A stretch of DNA of 64,000 bases, taken from positions 7,417-71,416 of the forward strand of contig JBBSUJ010000005.1 in NCBI GenBank assembly GCA_038235025.1, written 5' to 3'. The notes beneath the pieces were generated by a model. The model was not told the DNA's origin. It was given only the letters and a program-made list of their open reading frames with translations, and did not search any database. Positions 48,882 through 58,128 of the stretch are shown here, one piece after another. This stretch comes from Burkholderiales bacterium (GTDB lineage Bacteria > Pseudomonadota > Gammaproteobacteria > Burkholderiales > Burkholderiaceae_C). Numbering within the stretch: the first letter of the stretch is position 1; every line of letters starts with the position of its first letter. The translations under genes were made by a program, and so were the position numbers.

Positions 48882-51311
48882 TTAGCGACCCGGCCCGCGC
48901 CAGCGCCGCAGCAGCAGCGCATTCGCCATCACGCTCACCGAGCTCAGCGCCATCGCCGCACCCGCCACTACCGGGCTCAGGTAGCCCAGCGCCGCCAATG
49001 GAATGCCGACCACGTTGTAGGCAAAGGCCCAGAACAGATTCTGGCGAATTTTCATGACGGTGCGGTGCGCGATGTCGAGCGCTGCTGCCACCAGCGCCGG
49101 GTCGCCGCGCATCAGCGTGATGCCGGCCGCGTGCATGGCCACATCGGTGCCATTGCCCATGGCCATGCCGACGTCGGCAGCGGTCAGGGCGGGCGCGTCG
49201 TTCACGCCGTCGCCCACCATGACCACGATTTGAGGAACACCGCCCTTCGCCTTTTGCAGCGCTCGAACGGCAGCGGCTTTGTCGCCGGGCAATACCTCGG
49301 CCATGACTTCTCCAGCGTCCGGCTCAAGCCCAAGGCGGCGCGCCATGGCTTCGGCCGCGCCCCGGTTGTCGCCCGAGATCATCACGGTGCGCAGGCCTTT
49401 GGCGCGCAGCGCCACAATGGCTCCGCGCGCGCCGGGTTTGGGTTCATCGGCGAAAGCCAACAAGGCACGTACAACCGGCACTGCACGCGCCAAAGCGGCG
49501 CTTCTTCCTTCGCCCTCTCCCTTATCTACAACCTTGTCCGCGCCCTTACCTACATCCTCATTCACACCCTTTTTCACCTCATGGCCTACGCGTTCGGCCA
49601 ACACCGACACCGTGGCCCCGTCAGCCTGTAGCGCCGCAGCGCGGGCCGCCAGAGCGCCCAAGTCCACGTTCAGCGTGTTCATCCAGCGCAAGCTGCCCAG
49701 CAGGTAATACCGGTCATCCACGTCCCCCTCGGTGCCACTGCCGGGAACAGCGCGCATAGCCGTGGGCGGTGCAAGCGCGGGTGGCGACGGGTCACCGGCA
49801 AGGCCACTGTCAGTAGATGCATCGGCAGCAACATCGCCCTTGATGTGTTCCGCCTGAAATGCCTGTATGACGGCGCGCGCCAGCGGGTGTTCGCTGCCGC
49901 TTTGCAAGCGGGCGGCGGTGTGCAACAACGCGCCGCGGTTGGCTCCATCGGGTACCTCAAACGCAGTCAGCCGCGGCTGGCCTACAGTGAGCGTGCCGGT
50001 TTTGTCAAAAGCTACCGTGTCGACCCGGTGCGCGCGCTCCAGCGCCTCGGCGTCCTTGATCAAAATGCCGTGCGTGGCGGCCACGCCGGTGCCGGCCATG
50101 ATGGCAGCAGGCGTCGCCAAGCCCAGCGCGCAGGGGCAGGCAATCACCAATACCGCCATCGCATGGATCAAGGCGACCTCTATGCCTACTCCCGCCCACA
50201 GCCACCCACCCAGCGTGGCCAATGCGATCACCAGCACCACCGGCACAAAAACATTGGCCACGCGGTCCACCAGCCGCTGAATCGGCGCTTTGGCGGCCTG
50301 CGCGTCTTCCACCAGCCGAATGATGTTCGCCAGCACCGTCTCTCGGCCCACGGCGCGCACTGCAAGCACCACGCGGCCATCGCCGTTGATCGACCCGCCC
50401 GTAAGCGCATCCCCCACGGCCTTGGGCACCGGCAGCGGCTCGCCGGTGAGCATGGACTCATCTACCTCGGTATCGCCCTGCGCCACCACGCCGTCCACCG
50501 GCAAGCGCTCGCCGGGCCGCACCACCAATTGGTCGCCCACCATCACTTCGGCCACCGGCACGTCGTGCTCTTGGCCGCGCAGCAACACGTGAGCCACATT
50601 GGGTCTTAGGCCATGCAGCGCCCGAATGGCGGTGGTGGTTTGGTGCTTGGCCCGTGCCTCCAGCCATTTGCCCAACAGCACCAACGTGACCACCATGGCC
50701 GACGCTTCAAAGTACAGGTGCGCCATAGTGCCGGGCGCAGCAGTGAGCCACAGCCACACCGACAATCCCCACGCTGCGCTGGTGCCGATGGCGACCAGCA
50801 AATCCATATTGCCGCTGAACGCCCGCAGCGCATGCCAACCGGCCTTGTAGAAGCGCGCACCCAAAATGAACTGCACCGGCGTCGCCAGCGCGAACTGCAC
50901 CCACGCCGGCAACATGCCGTGCGGCCCGAACACCTGGCCCAGCGGCCCAGGCAGCAGGCTGACCAACATGGGCAGCATCAATGGGACCGACAGCAACAAA
51001 CCCAGCGCTACCGGCAAAAAGCCGCTCCACTGCGAGGAGTGGTCATGCGCCTCCATCGCCGCTTCAGTGCGCGGCTCGTAGCCCGCATCGCGCACGGCTC
51101 GCCGCAGAAGGGCTTGCATGTCGGCGCTGCCACCACCAAGCCCTTCTGCGGCGTCTTCAAAGGCCTCGCCGCCAGCCCAGGTTACCCGGGCCGTCTCGGT
51201 CGCTAAATTCACGCTGGCGCTCTGCACGCCTGGCACCTTGGCCAGTGCGCGCTCCACACGTCCCACGCAGCTGGCGCACGTCATGCCGCCGATGCCTATG
51301 TCGAGCTCCAT
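48882..51311 (-). CDS. copA: Copper-translocating P-type ATPase CopA
   Basis: It has an HMA domain ([12 protein letters not shown]), a CPC motif ([12 protein letters not shown]), DKTGT, and [11 protein letters not shown] chose the ATG at 51311 (MELDIGIGG...) because the ORF's upstream part overlaps the predicted CueR-type promoter. Confidence 0.9.
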   Translation of the reverse strand: MELDIGIGGMTCASCVGRVERALAKVPGVQSASVNLATETARVTWAGGEAFEDAAEGLGGGSADMQALLRRAVRDAGYEPRTEAAMEAHDHSSQWSGFLPVALGLLLSVPLMLPMLVSLLPGPLGQVFGPHGMLPAWVQFALATPVQFILGARFYKAGWHALRAFSGNMDLLVAIGTSAAWGLSVWLWLTAAPGTMAHLYFEASAMVVTLVLLGKWLEARAKHQTTTAIRALHGLRPNVAHVLLRGQEHDVPVAEVMVGDQLVVRPGERLPVDGVVAQGDTEVDESMLTGEPLPVPKAVGDALTGGSINGDGRVVLAVRAVGRETVLANIIRLVEDAQAAKAPIQRLVDRVANVFVPVVLVIALATLGGWLWAGVGIEVALIHAMAVLVIACPCALGLATPAAIMAGTGVAATHGILIKDAEALERAHRVDTVAFDKTGTLTVGQPRLTAFEVPDGANRGALLHTAARLQSGSEHPLARAVIQAFQAEHIKGDVAADASTDSGLAGDPSPPALAPPTAMRAVPGSGTEGDVDDRYYLLGSLRWMNTLNVDLGALAARAAALQADGATVSVLAERVGHEVKKGVNEDVGKGADKVVDKGEGEGRSAALARAVPVVRALLAFADEPKPGARGAIVALRAKGLRTVMISGDNRGAAEAMARRLGLEPDAGEVMAEVLPGDKAAAVRALQKAKGGVPQIVVMVGDGVNDAPALTAADVGMAMGNGTDVAMHAAGITLMRGDPALVAAALDIAHRTVMKIRQNLFWAFAYNVVGIPLAALGYLSPVVAGAAMALSSVSVMANALLLRRWRGPGR

Positions 51312-51419
51312 AAAACCTGGTGTGCCCTTTGCATCGATATTGGGTGTACCGGCTGCGCCAGTGCCGCGGATCGACAGAGCGGATGAAGTTTTGGGAGGAG
51401 CGTATTGGACCATGCCACC

Positions 51420-51450
51420 ACCGTACACCCTGCCACGATGGCAAGGTCAA
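51420..51450 (-). promoter_or_regulatory. CueR (MerR-type) operator/promoter of copA
   Basis: The minus strand reads TTGACC-(19 nt)-TACGGT. The dyad ACCTTGCCAtcgTGGCAGGGT lies inside the 19-bp spacer, as in the E. coli PcopA architecture. Confidence 0.7.
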
Positions 51451-51552
51451 GCGCGAGGGGGTGGGCAGCGCAAGTTGCGGCAAATGAAACCGTCGCCGCC
51501 TACAGCCTTATTCACAAACACCCCACCGCATCAAAAACGGTGTTTTGTTTGA

Positions 51553-51793
51553 CTATTCTTCTATTTCTTTCTATATCAATAGTAGTAGTAGTAAGGGAGG
51601 CCTTTTTCTGGGGATAAGTCGGTTTTACCCAACGATGACAAACACTTGCACGGCAGACAAGTCTGTGCGCGGTAGGCGCTTGCTGCTGCACGCCAAACAG
51701 GGACAACTTCCGTAGCATCTATATTTCTGTGGATAACTTGCTTATTATTAGAAAACCATCCACAGGTTTGTCCACAAAAAAAAGCACCGAGCT
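51553..51793 (+). repeat. AT-rich DnaA-box-bearing module A, homologous and inverted relative to 59134-59372
   Basis: It contains direct repeats (tcttcta/tctttcta), (TAG)4, and the boxes TGGGGATAA (51609-51617), TGTGGATAA (51728-51736, a perfect TTATCCACA) and TTGTCCACA (51768-51776). It aligns by hand to the reverse complement of module B. Confidence 0.8.
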
Positions 51794-51888
51794 CGCTGCT
51801 GCCGTGGCGATGGGCGAACTGCACGCCGGCTGTTCGATCAACCTACTGCCAACGTACTCAGTCGCAGTACCCGGTAGAAAATATAAGT

Positions 51889-51933
51889 AAAATCGGCTTA
51901 TAGAGCTTATGCAGCAAGCGTTGGAAGCTATAA
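51889..51933 (-). repeat. REP-like element, copy 6 (minus orientation)
   Basis: The reverse complement reads atagcttccaacgcttgctgcataagctctataagccgattt. Confidence 0.65.
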
Positions 51934-51958
51934 AAACAGTAGTGTCCGGACATGGCGC

Positions 51959-51989
51959 TTGCCCCTGTCACGGCGTCAAGGTGCAAGCT
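51959..51989 (+). promoter_or_regulatory. Second CueR-type operator/promoter, upstream of copZ-cueR
   Basis: TTGCCC-(19 nt)-CAAGCT, with the dyad CCCCTGTCAcggCGTCAAGGT related to the copA operator arms. Confidence 0.6.
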
Positions 51990-52045
51990 CAGCGCTTCGC
52001 TTCCTCTTCTTTGTTTCCCCTTTCTTAACCACCAAGAAGTTCCCT

Positions 52046-52249
52046 ATGAGCACCGCCCAACAATTCACCGTTACCGGTATGACCTGCGGCCACTGCGAGC
52101 GCGCTGTCACCCAGGCCGTGCAAACGCTGGACCCAGCCGCCCAAGTGCGCATCGACCGCGCCGCCAACCACGTTGAGATCGACAGCAGCCAACCGCGCGA
52201 AGCACTGGCCGCCGCCATCACCGAAGAGGGCTACCAGGTCGCCGCATGA
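52046..52249 (+). CDS. copZ: Copper chaperone CopZ-like (HMA domain)
   Basis: Internal ATG at 52046 gives 67 aa with MSTAQQFTVTGMTCGHCERAV. Its stop overlaps the cueR start (ATGA). Confidence 0.85.
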   Translation: MSTAQQFTVTGMTCGHCERAVTQAVQTLDPAAQVRIDRAANHVEIDSSQPREALAAAITEEGYQVAA

Positions 52250-52734
52250 GCACGGCCACTTCCGCTGTCGCCACGTCCACTCCAGGCGCTGACACGGCGA
52301 CCACGGCGCGCGTCCCCATCGGCACAGCCGCCCAGCGCGCGGGCGTGTCGGCGCGCATGGTGCGGCACTACGAATCGCTGGGCCTGCTCGCGCCTTTGGA
52401 GCGCACCGAATCGGGCTACCGGCAATATTCGCAAGCGGATGTGCACGCCCTGCGCTTTATCCGCCGCTCGCGGGACTTGGGCTTTTCGATGGTCGAGATC
52501 GCCACCCTGCTCAGCCTGTGGCAAGACAAACAGCGCGCCAGCGCCAGCGTGAAGCAAATCGCGCAGACGCATATCGACGACTTGGCGCAGCGCATTGCCG
52601 TTATGCAGGCCATGCAGCGCAGCTTGCAAGATTTGGTCAACTGCTGCGCGGGCAATGCGCGGCCGGATTGTCCGATATTGGACGACTTGGCAGCCGAAGG
52701 CACAAGCGCAGCGCCCGTTACCGCAAAGCGGTAA
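52246..52734 (+). CDS. cueR: Cu(I)-responsive MerR-family regulator CueR
   Basis: 162 aa with a MerR HTH (IGTAAQRAGVSARMVRHYESLGLL) and a C-terminal Cx7C metal site (CAGNARPDCP). Confidence 0.88.
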   Translation: MSTATSAVATSTPGADTATTARVPIGTAAQRAGVSARMVRHYESLGLLAPLERTESGYRQYSQADVHALRFIRRSRDLGFSMVEIATLLSLWQDKQRASASVKQIAQTHIDDLAQRIAVMQAMQRSLQDLVNCCAGNARPDCPILDDLAAEGTSAAPVTAKR

Positions 52735-52747
52735 AAATTATCAAAAA

Positions 52748-52793
52748 AATAGCTGCTCATGCTTACATATCAAGCGCTAGCTAGAGTTAAGCC
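52748..52793 (+). repeat. REP-like element, copy 7
   Basis: Sequence aatagctgctcatgcttacatatcaagcgctagctagagttaagcc, lying between cueR and mscS. Confidence 0.7.
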
Positions 52794-52830
52794 TCACCTT
52801 ACTAAACGCGCTTCCTCTAGGACCCTCCCC

Positions 52831-53730
52831 ATGTTCGCCCCCCTCGCTTTACTCCAAACCAAGTTGCTCGCCGTTACGCAAGAGCTCATTCTGCTCACGC
52901 CGAACCTTATCGCAGGGGCGCTGCTGGTGGCGGCGGTGTGGTGGGGCGGCAAGGTGGTGGGCAAAGTCATTGCACGCATTAGCGCGGCGCGAGGGCGGCC
53001 CGATTTAGGGGCGCTGCTGGGCGTACTGGCACGCGTGGTCCTAATGGGGATTGCGCTGCTGGTGGCCTCCGCCCTGGTATTTCCGTCGGTAAATCCTGGT
53101 GATATTTTTGCAGCCCTGGGTTTTATTTCGGTGGCCGTAGGGCTGGCCTTCAAAGACATCTTGCAGAACATCTTGGCGGGCCTGCTGTTGGTGATACGCA
53201 GGCCGTACCTGCGCGGCGACCAGATCATCGTCAAGGGTTACGAGGGTACGGTCGAGCAGGTGGATAGCCGCGCTACCTTGCTCAAAACCTACGATGGGCG
53301 GCGCGTGTTGGTACCCAACAGCGACCTCTACACCACGCCCGTCATTGTGAACACCGCGTTTGCGCTGCACCGCAATGAGCTGCAAGTGCGCGTGCAACTC
53401 GCCACTGATCTGCCAGCCGCTATCACGCTTTTTCAGAAAACGGTGGCGAGCGTCGATGGCGTGGTGCATGAACCGGCGGTAGAAGTGATCCCTTGGGACA
53501 TTGAACACGCTCAAGTAGATTTGAAAATACGCTGGTGGGCTGACGCGCGTCGGCTGCCGCAGGTACAAACCAAAGGCCGTGTCATCTTGGCAGTGGCCGC
53601 TGCCGCCAAGGCGCAGGGAATGGTGTTGCCTTACCCCACCTCGGTGGTGGTGCTGGAAGACGAGGGCGGTGCGGGCGATAACGTCAATGCTGCGCGCCGT
53701 GAAACAAAGCGGCAGCCTCCGTTTGCTTAA
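52831..53730 (+). CDS. Mechanosensitive ion channel family protein (MscS-like)
   Basis: Internal ATG at 52831. It has three N-terminal TM segments followed by the MscS beta-domain pattern (RRPYLRGDQIIVKGYEGTVEQVDSRATLLKTYDGRRVLVPNS). Confidence 0.85.
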   Translation: MFAPLALLQTKLLAVTQELILLTPNLIAGALLVAAVWWGGKVVGKVIARISAARGRPDLGALLGVLARVVLMGIALLVASALVFPSVNPGDIFAALGFISVAVGLAFKDILQNILAGLLLVIRRPYLRGDQIIVKGYEGTVEQVDSRATLLKTYDGRRVLVPNSDLYTTPVIVNTAFALHRNELQVRVQLATDLPAAITLFQKTVASVDGVVHEPAVEVIPWDIEHAQVDLKIRWWADARRLPQVQTKGRVILAVAAAAKAQGMVLPYPTSVVVLEDEGGAGDNVNAARRETKRQPPFA

Positions 53731-53783
53731 CCGCATCACTCACACGCCATTCAACTTAATTCCGCCACGAGCAACACGCTGCC

Positions 53784-54221
53784 ATGCAAACCACCTCCCA
53801 CACTTGGTTCTTCTGGGCTTCGCTGTCGGCCGTCTTTGCTGCGCTCACCGCCATCTTCGCCAAAGTGGGCATTCAGGGCGTGGATTCGGATTTGGCCACG
53901 CTGGTACGCACGGTCATCATCGTCTTCGTAATGGCGGCTTTTGTTGCTTATGCCGGCAAATGGAGCAATCCGCTGGCGCTGCCAGGCAAGACTTTGCTCT
54001 TTCTGACGCTCTCCGCTCTGGCAACGGGCGCATCGTGGGTTTGCTACTTTCGCGCCCTGCAACTGGGTGAGGCGTCCAAGGTGGCACCGGTCGACAAGTT
54101 CAGCCTCGTATTGGTAGCGGTGTTCGCGTTTGTCTTTCTTGGCGAACGGCCGTCGGGCGGCAGCTGGTTGGGGATTGCGCTGGTAGCTTTGGGCGTGCTG
54201 GTGCTGGCGTGGAGGCGCTAA
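53784..54221 (+). CDS. Small EamA-domain (DMT superfamily) membrane protein
   Basis: 145 aa with about 5 hydrophobic segments and a single EamA-like domain (ASWVCYFRALQLGEASKVAPVDK). Confidence 0.75.
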   Translation: MQTTSHTWFFWASLSAVFAALTAIFAKVGIQGVDSDLATLVRTVIIVFVMAAFVAYAGKWSNPLALPGKTLLFLTLSALATGASWVCYFRALQLGEASKVAPVDKFSLVLVAVFAFVFLGERPSGGSWLGIALVALGVLVLAWRR

Positions 54222-54264
54222 GCGCCAGCTTGGCCCGCACAATGCCACCTTGAGCCCTATAATT

Positions 54265-54395
54265 TTCGCTTCCCCTGGGGAGTAGCCGGCTTTCACCTGT
54301 GAAAGCGCCTGCGTCAACATTCTCGGCGTGCCCCGCGCGCCGTGGCGCAGGCAACCGGAGCGGTGCGAAGAGACCTTATTCTTTGCAGCGCTTGG
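54265..54395 (+). promoter_or_regulatory. yybP-ykoY (Mn2+) riboswitch upstream of mntP
   Basis: A TATAAT box at 54258-54263 is followed by the conserved elements GGGGAGTAGCC (54277-54287), a hairpin CTTTCACctGTGAAAG, GTCAACAT, a stem GCCTGCG...CGCAGGC, and AAGAGACC (54369-54376). It sits upstream of a known riboswitch-controlled gene family. Confidence 0.8.
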
Positions 54396-54486
54396 ATTGG
54401 CGAGACCATGGGCGCGTCCGCCGGGCATGTGCCGGGCTATGCGGACGCGCCTCATGCACCTCGCCCGGCCGTGGATTCCGCTTCTG

Positions 54487-55059
54487 ATGAACCCCCTCAC
54501 GATGGCCCTGCTGGCACTGGCCATGTCTACCGACGCGTTTGCTGCCGCCGTGGGCAAAGGCATGTCGCTCAGGCACCCGCACTGGCGCGAAGCGCTGCGC
54601 ACTGGCGCTATTTTTGGTGTGATCGAAGGCTTCACCCCGGTGTTGGGCTGGGCGCTGGGCGTGGTGGCGGCTGACTATGTCAAAGCTTGGGACCACTGGA
54701 TTGCGTTTTTACTGCTCTGCGGCCTGGGGCTGCACATGGCCATTGCAAGCCTGCGCTCGCCCGCCTCGAACCCAAATGACAAGCCAAACCGGCATGGGTT
54801 TTGGCTCCTCGCAGCCACAGGCTTTGCCACCAGCGTGGACGCCATGGTGGTGGGCGTAGGGCTGGCATTTATTGACGCGCCGATTGTCCCAGTCGCGCTC
54901 GCAATCGGCTTTACAACGTTTGTCGCGGTCACGCTGGGCGTGATGCTGGGACGCGTGTTGGGCACGGCGGCCGGGCGGCGGGCAGAACTGGTGGGTGGTC
55001 TGGTGCTGATCGGAATCGGTGCGGTGATTCTTTTCGAGCACCTCTCAGGTGCCGCCTGA
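54487..55059 (+). CDS. mntP: Manganese efflux pump MntP
   Basis: Internal ATG at 54487 gives 190 aa. MNPLTMALLALAMSTDAFAAAVGKG and the second-half repeat ATSVDAMVVGVG are MntP/DUF204 hallmarks. Confidence 0.88.
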   Translation: MNPLTMALLALAMSTDAFAAAVGKGMSLRHPHWREALRTGAIFGVIEGFTPVLGWALGVVAADYVKAWDHWIAFLLLCGLGLHMAIASLRSPASNPNDKPNRHGFWLLAATGFATSVDAMVVGVGLAFIDAPIVPVALAIGFTTFVAVTLGVMLGRVLGTAAGRRAELVGGLVLIGIGAVILFEHLSGAA

Positions 55060-55066
55060 GAGGTGC
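55038..55066 (+). terminator. Stem-loop spanning the mntP stop, possibly a bidirectional terminator
   Basis: GCACCTCTCAGGtgccgCCTGAGAGGTGC has a perfect 12-bp stem and a 5-nt loop and is followed by TTTC. It lies at a convergent gene junction. Confidence 0.55.
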
Positions 55067-55091
55067 TTTCGCGCGGCCCGAGCCCTAGCGT

Positions 55092-56552
55092 TTACAGCGA
55101 CAAGATGGAGACCGTTTTGGTCACGAGATAAGACTCCAGCGCCTCGGGTCCGCCTTCCGACCCGTAGCCGGAATCTTTCACGCCACCAAACGGCATTTCG
55201 GCCGAGGCCGATGGCGGCTGGTTGATCCACAGCATGCCGACTTCGATGCCACTGGCGATCTTGTGCGCGGTGGAAATCGACTGCGTAAACGCGTAGCTGG
55301 CCAAGCCGTACGGCAAGCGGTTGGCTTCCTTTAGCGCCTCGTCGATCGTGTCAAAACCACGAATGGCTGCCACCGGACCGAAAGGTTCGTTGTTGAACAC
55401 GCTGGCGTCCAGCGACACGTCGCCCAGCACCGTAGGCTGGAAGAAGTTGCCCACTTCGCCAATGCGCTTACCGCCCGTCAAAACGTTGGCGCCTGTCTTC
55501 TCGGCGTCTTTCATGAGCTCGTTCAGCGCTTTGATGCGCCGGTCGTTGGCCAGCGGGCCCATCTGCGTGTCAGCATTCAAACCATCGCCCACTTTGAGTT
55601 GTTCGGCCGCTTTCACCATGCCGTCGGTGAACGCTTTGCGCACGCTGTTGTGCACCAAAAAACGTGTGGGCGAGATGCACACCTGACCCGCGTTGCGGAA
55701 CTTGGAGCCGGCCATAGCCTTCACCGCTGCGGCAATGTCGGCATCCTCCGCAATGATCACCGGCGCATGGCCGCCCAGTTCCATGGTGGAGCGCTTCATG
55801 TGCTTGCCGGCCATGGCGGCCAGCTGCTTGCCGACTTCGGTAGAGCCGGTGAACGTGATCTTGCGAATGATGGGGTGGGCAATCAGATACGACGAGATTT
55901 CTGCCGGGTCGCCGTACACCAAACCCACGGTGCCGGGCGGCACACCGGCATCCACAAACGCCTTGAGCAGCGCGGCCGGCGATGCCGGCGTTTCTTCCGG
56001 TGCTTTGACCAAGAACGAACAGCCGGTGGCCAACGCTGCGCCCAGCTTGCGCACGATCTGGTTCACCGGGAAATTCCAAGGGGTGAACGCTGCCACGGGG
56101 CCCACGGGCTCTTTCATCACCATCTGCTGCACATCCAGGCGGCGCGGCGGCACGATGCGGCCATACACGCGCATTCCTTCGTCGGCAAACCATTCAATGA
56201 TGTCAGCACCGGCCAGCACCTCGCCGCGGGATTCGGCCAGCGGCTTGCCTTGCTCCTGTGTCATCAGCGATGCAATGTCATCGGCCCGCTCGCGCACCAA
56301 CGCCGCCGCCTTGCGCATGGTCTTGGCGCGCTCATGCGCAGGCGTGGCGCGCCAGGCTTCAAAACCTTTCTGCGCGGCGGCCAATGCCAAGTCAAGGTCG
56401 ACCTTTTCGGCGTGCGCCACTTGGGCAATCACTTTGCCGGTGGCCGGATTCACCACGTCGATGCTTTTGCCACCCTTGGCGTCTTGCCAGGTACTGCCAA
56501 TAAGCAATTGGGTGTCGGGGTAGGTGGGCGTGGCAGTGGCTTTGTCGGTCAT
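55092..56552 (-). CDS. NAD(P)-dependent aldehyde dehydrogenase (succinate-semialdehyde dehydrogenase-like)
   Basis: 486 aa with a catalytic Glu (MELGGHAP) and Cys ([12 protein letters not shown]) and the ALDH pattern FTGSTEVGK. Confidence 0.88.
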   Translation of the reverse strand: MTDKATATPTYPDTQLLIGSTWQDAKGGKSIDVVNPATGKVIAQVAHAEKVDLDLALAAAQKGFEAWRATPAHERAKTMRKAAALVRERADDIASLMTQEQGKPLAESRGEVLAGADIIEWFADEGMRVYGRIVPPRRLDVQQMVMKEPVGPVAAFTPWNFPVNQIVRKLGAALATGCSFLVKAPEETPASPAALLKAFVDAGVPPGTVGLVYGDPAEISSYLIAHPIIRKITFTGSTEVGKQLAAMAGKHMKRSTMELGGHAPVIIAEDADIAAAVKAMAGSKFRNAGQVCISPTRFLVHNSVRKAFTDGMVKAAEQLKVGDGLNADTQMGPLANDRRIKALNELMKDAEKTGANVLTGGKRIGEVGNFFQPTVLGDVSLDASVFNNEPFGPVAAIRGFDTIDEALKEANRLPYGLASYAFTQSISTAHKIASGIEVGMLWINQPPSASAEMPFGGVKDSGYGSEGGPEALESYLVTKTVSILSL

Positions 56553-56760
56553 GAAATTCCTGCGGATCGAGTGCGATGGATGCTAGGTTTGTGCGCGCTG
56601 GCAGGGGCTCAAGAGATAACTTGAGCCGCCGCGGGACACAAAGGCAGCGAGGGATAGGTCATTGTCCGGCACCACCTTGCGGAGCGATGCCGGACAAAGT
56701 GCCGTAGGGCTTCGCACAGTCGCATAGTGGACAGCGCAGGCCCTCGCTAAGGCCGCGTGA

Positions 56761-57816
56761 TCAGAACGGCGCTGTGCCCGGATCCATGTCTATAGGCGCG
56801 GTAGCCGGACCCGTGACGGTGCCCTTGCTGGAGCTCGAAGATCTGCTGTCCACCACTGCTACTGGGGCAGCGGACACACCCGGCGCGCTCGGCGCGGCTG
56901 CTAGGTTAGACATTGCGGCGGCGGCTCCCGGCTGCGCTTCACCGCCCAGTGCCTCGATTACGTCAGGCAGCATGCGCGACAACTCGCCCGTGGCAATGGC
57001 CACGTCGGTATCAAACCCGCCATCGTCGGCCGCCTTGTCCTCAAACACGGTGTCCAGAAACGTGATTTTCTTCAGTTGCAGGCCTTCGGTCAGCATGAAG
57101 GACACGCGCTCGTCCCAGGTCAGTGCCAGCTTGGTGGGCAGCTTGCCCGCCGCAATATGCGCCTGCACTTCTTCGATATCGAGGGGATGGCGGGCGTAGC
57201 GCACCACGGCCTTGGCTTCATCTGCGGCTTTCAATTCGCATTCGCGGTCCACGCTAAACCCTTGCGGTGGCTCTTGGCTGGACAGCCAATGCGCCATGGC
57301 CGCCTGCGGACTGGTGTGGGTATGCACCAGCGCCAGCGCAAAACCCGGTAACGCTTCGGTCAGCACGGTGACAACTTCATCGGCCCGTGCTTGGCTGCCG
57401 GTGTCCAGCACCAGGGTGCGGGCGGCCTGGTCGATCCACGCCCACATGGAGCCCTGCTTGGTGAACGCCATAGGCAACAAATCCAGCAGGGCTTCGTCTT
57501 TTAGCTCCTTGCTTTCCTTCTTGCCCGGCTTGCGGCCGGTTTCTTTTTCGATGCGCTCGGCTTTCTCCTTAACGCGCTTGGCCACGACCGAGCCCGGCAC
57601 CACTTTGGCTTCGGCCATAAAGCGCAGCACCCACTGCCCGCCCACCGATTCGGCCAGCAGGCCGTGCTCATCACCGCGCGGCGGCACCCAGCCAGTTGAG
57701 CGTTCTTGCGTCGCTCCGCATTCTTGAAACGGGGTACGGGCCAGCGCTTCTTCGAGCTGGGTCAAATCGCATTGCCACTCTGGGGCGATGCGGTAAACGA
57801 TCATGTTTTTGAACAA
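56761..57816 (-). CDS. rdgC: Recombination-associated protein RdgC with a ~60-aa low-complexity C-terminal extension
   Basis: The TTG at 57816 lies 7 nt after GAGGA and gives LFKNMIVYRI (compare E. coli MLWFKNLMVYRL). An alternative ATG is at 57804. The body parallels RdgC (ELKAADEAKAVVRYARH..., KLALTWDERVSFMLTEGLQLKKI). Confidence 0.85.
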   Translation of the reverse strand: MFKNMIVYRIAPEWQCDLTQLEEALARTPFQECGATQERSTGWVPPRGDEHGLLAESVGGQWVLRFMAEAKVVPGSVVAKRVKEKAERIEKETGRKPGKKESKELKDEALLDLLPMAFTKQGSMWAWIDQAARTLVLDTGSQARADEVVTVLTEALPGFALALVHTHTSPQAAMAHWLSSQEPPQGFSVDRECELKAADEAKAVVRYARHPLDIEEVQAHIAAGKLPTKLALTWDERVSFMLTEGLQLKKITFLDTVFEDKAADDGGFDTDVAIATGELSRMLPDVIEALGGEAQPGAAAAMSNLAAAPSAPGVSAAPVAVVDSRSSSSSKGTVTGPATAPIDMDPGTAPF

Positions 57817-57905
57817 CGAAAAATCCTCACAACACAACACAACACAACGACCCGCCATTGTCGCGGGTCGCGCTTTTAGGTAACCGGCTGAACAAATATG
57901 AATTT

Positions 57906-57948
57906 AATAGCGCTGCACCCATATTCAACAAGTGCTAGAGCCTTATTT
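57906..57948 (+). repeat. REP-like element, copy 8
   Basis: Sequence aatagcgctgcacccatattcaacaagtgctagagccttattt, in the divergent rdgC / spy-like promoter region. Confidence 0.65.
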
Positions 57949-58128
57949 CATCATTATTTTTGAGCAGGTCAACACCATGGCTACCTACCGGCCAGTCATT
58001 CAACTTTACACAGCATCACATGGCACGCACGGTGCGCTTACAGGCCGGGAACACACTGAACCCCAACGTGGACGAAACGCCCGCGCCGCCCGGCCATTGC
58101 CTGAGGCCACTCTTCCAAAGGATTGCTC

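Noticed and set aside
51576-51824. An 82-aa minus-strand ORF in module A ends ...TCLPCKCLSSLGKTDLSPEKGLPYYYYY. It resembles a 40-aa plus-strand ORF in module B (59234-59356, MTVAGTHTLKPCKCLIFLMKSGLPTEPRLVYYYHYVIRKT). This could be a conserved Cys/Tyr-rich micro-protein.
   Set aside because: Amino-acid identity over the shared 29 positions is about 15/29, no better than the underlying nucleotide identity. The start codons and N-termini are not conserved, and there is no SD in front of either. The conserved residues coincide with the DnaA-box-like 13-mer and the TAG/CTA run. DNA-level conservation explains it more simply.
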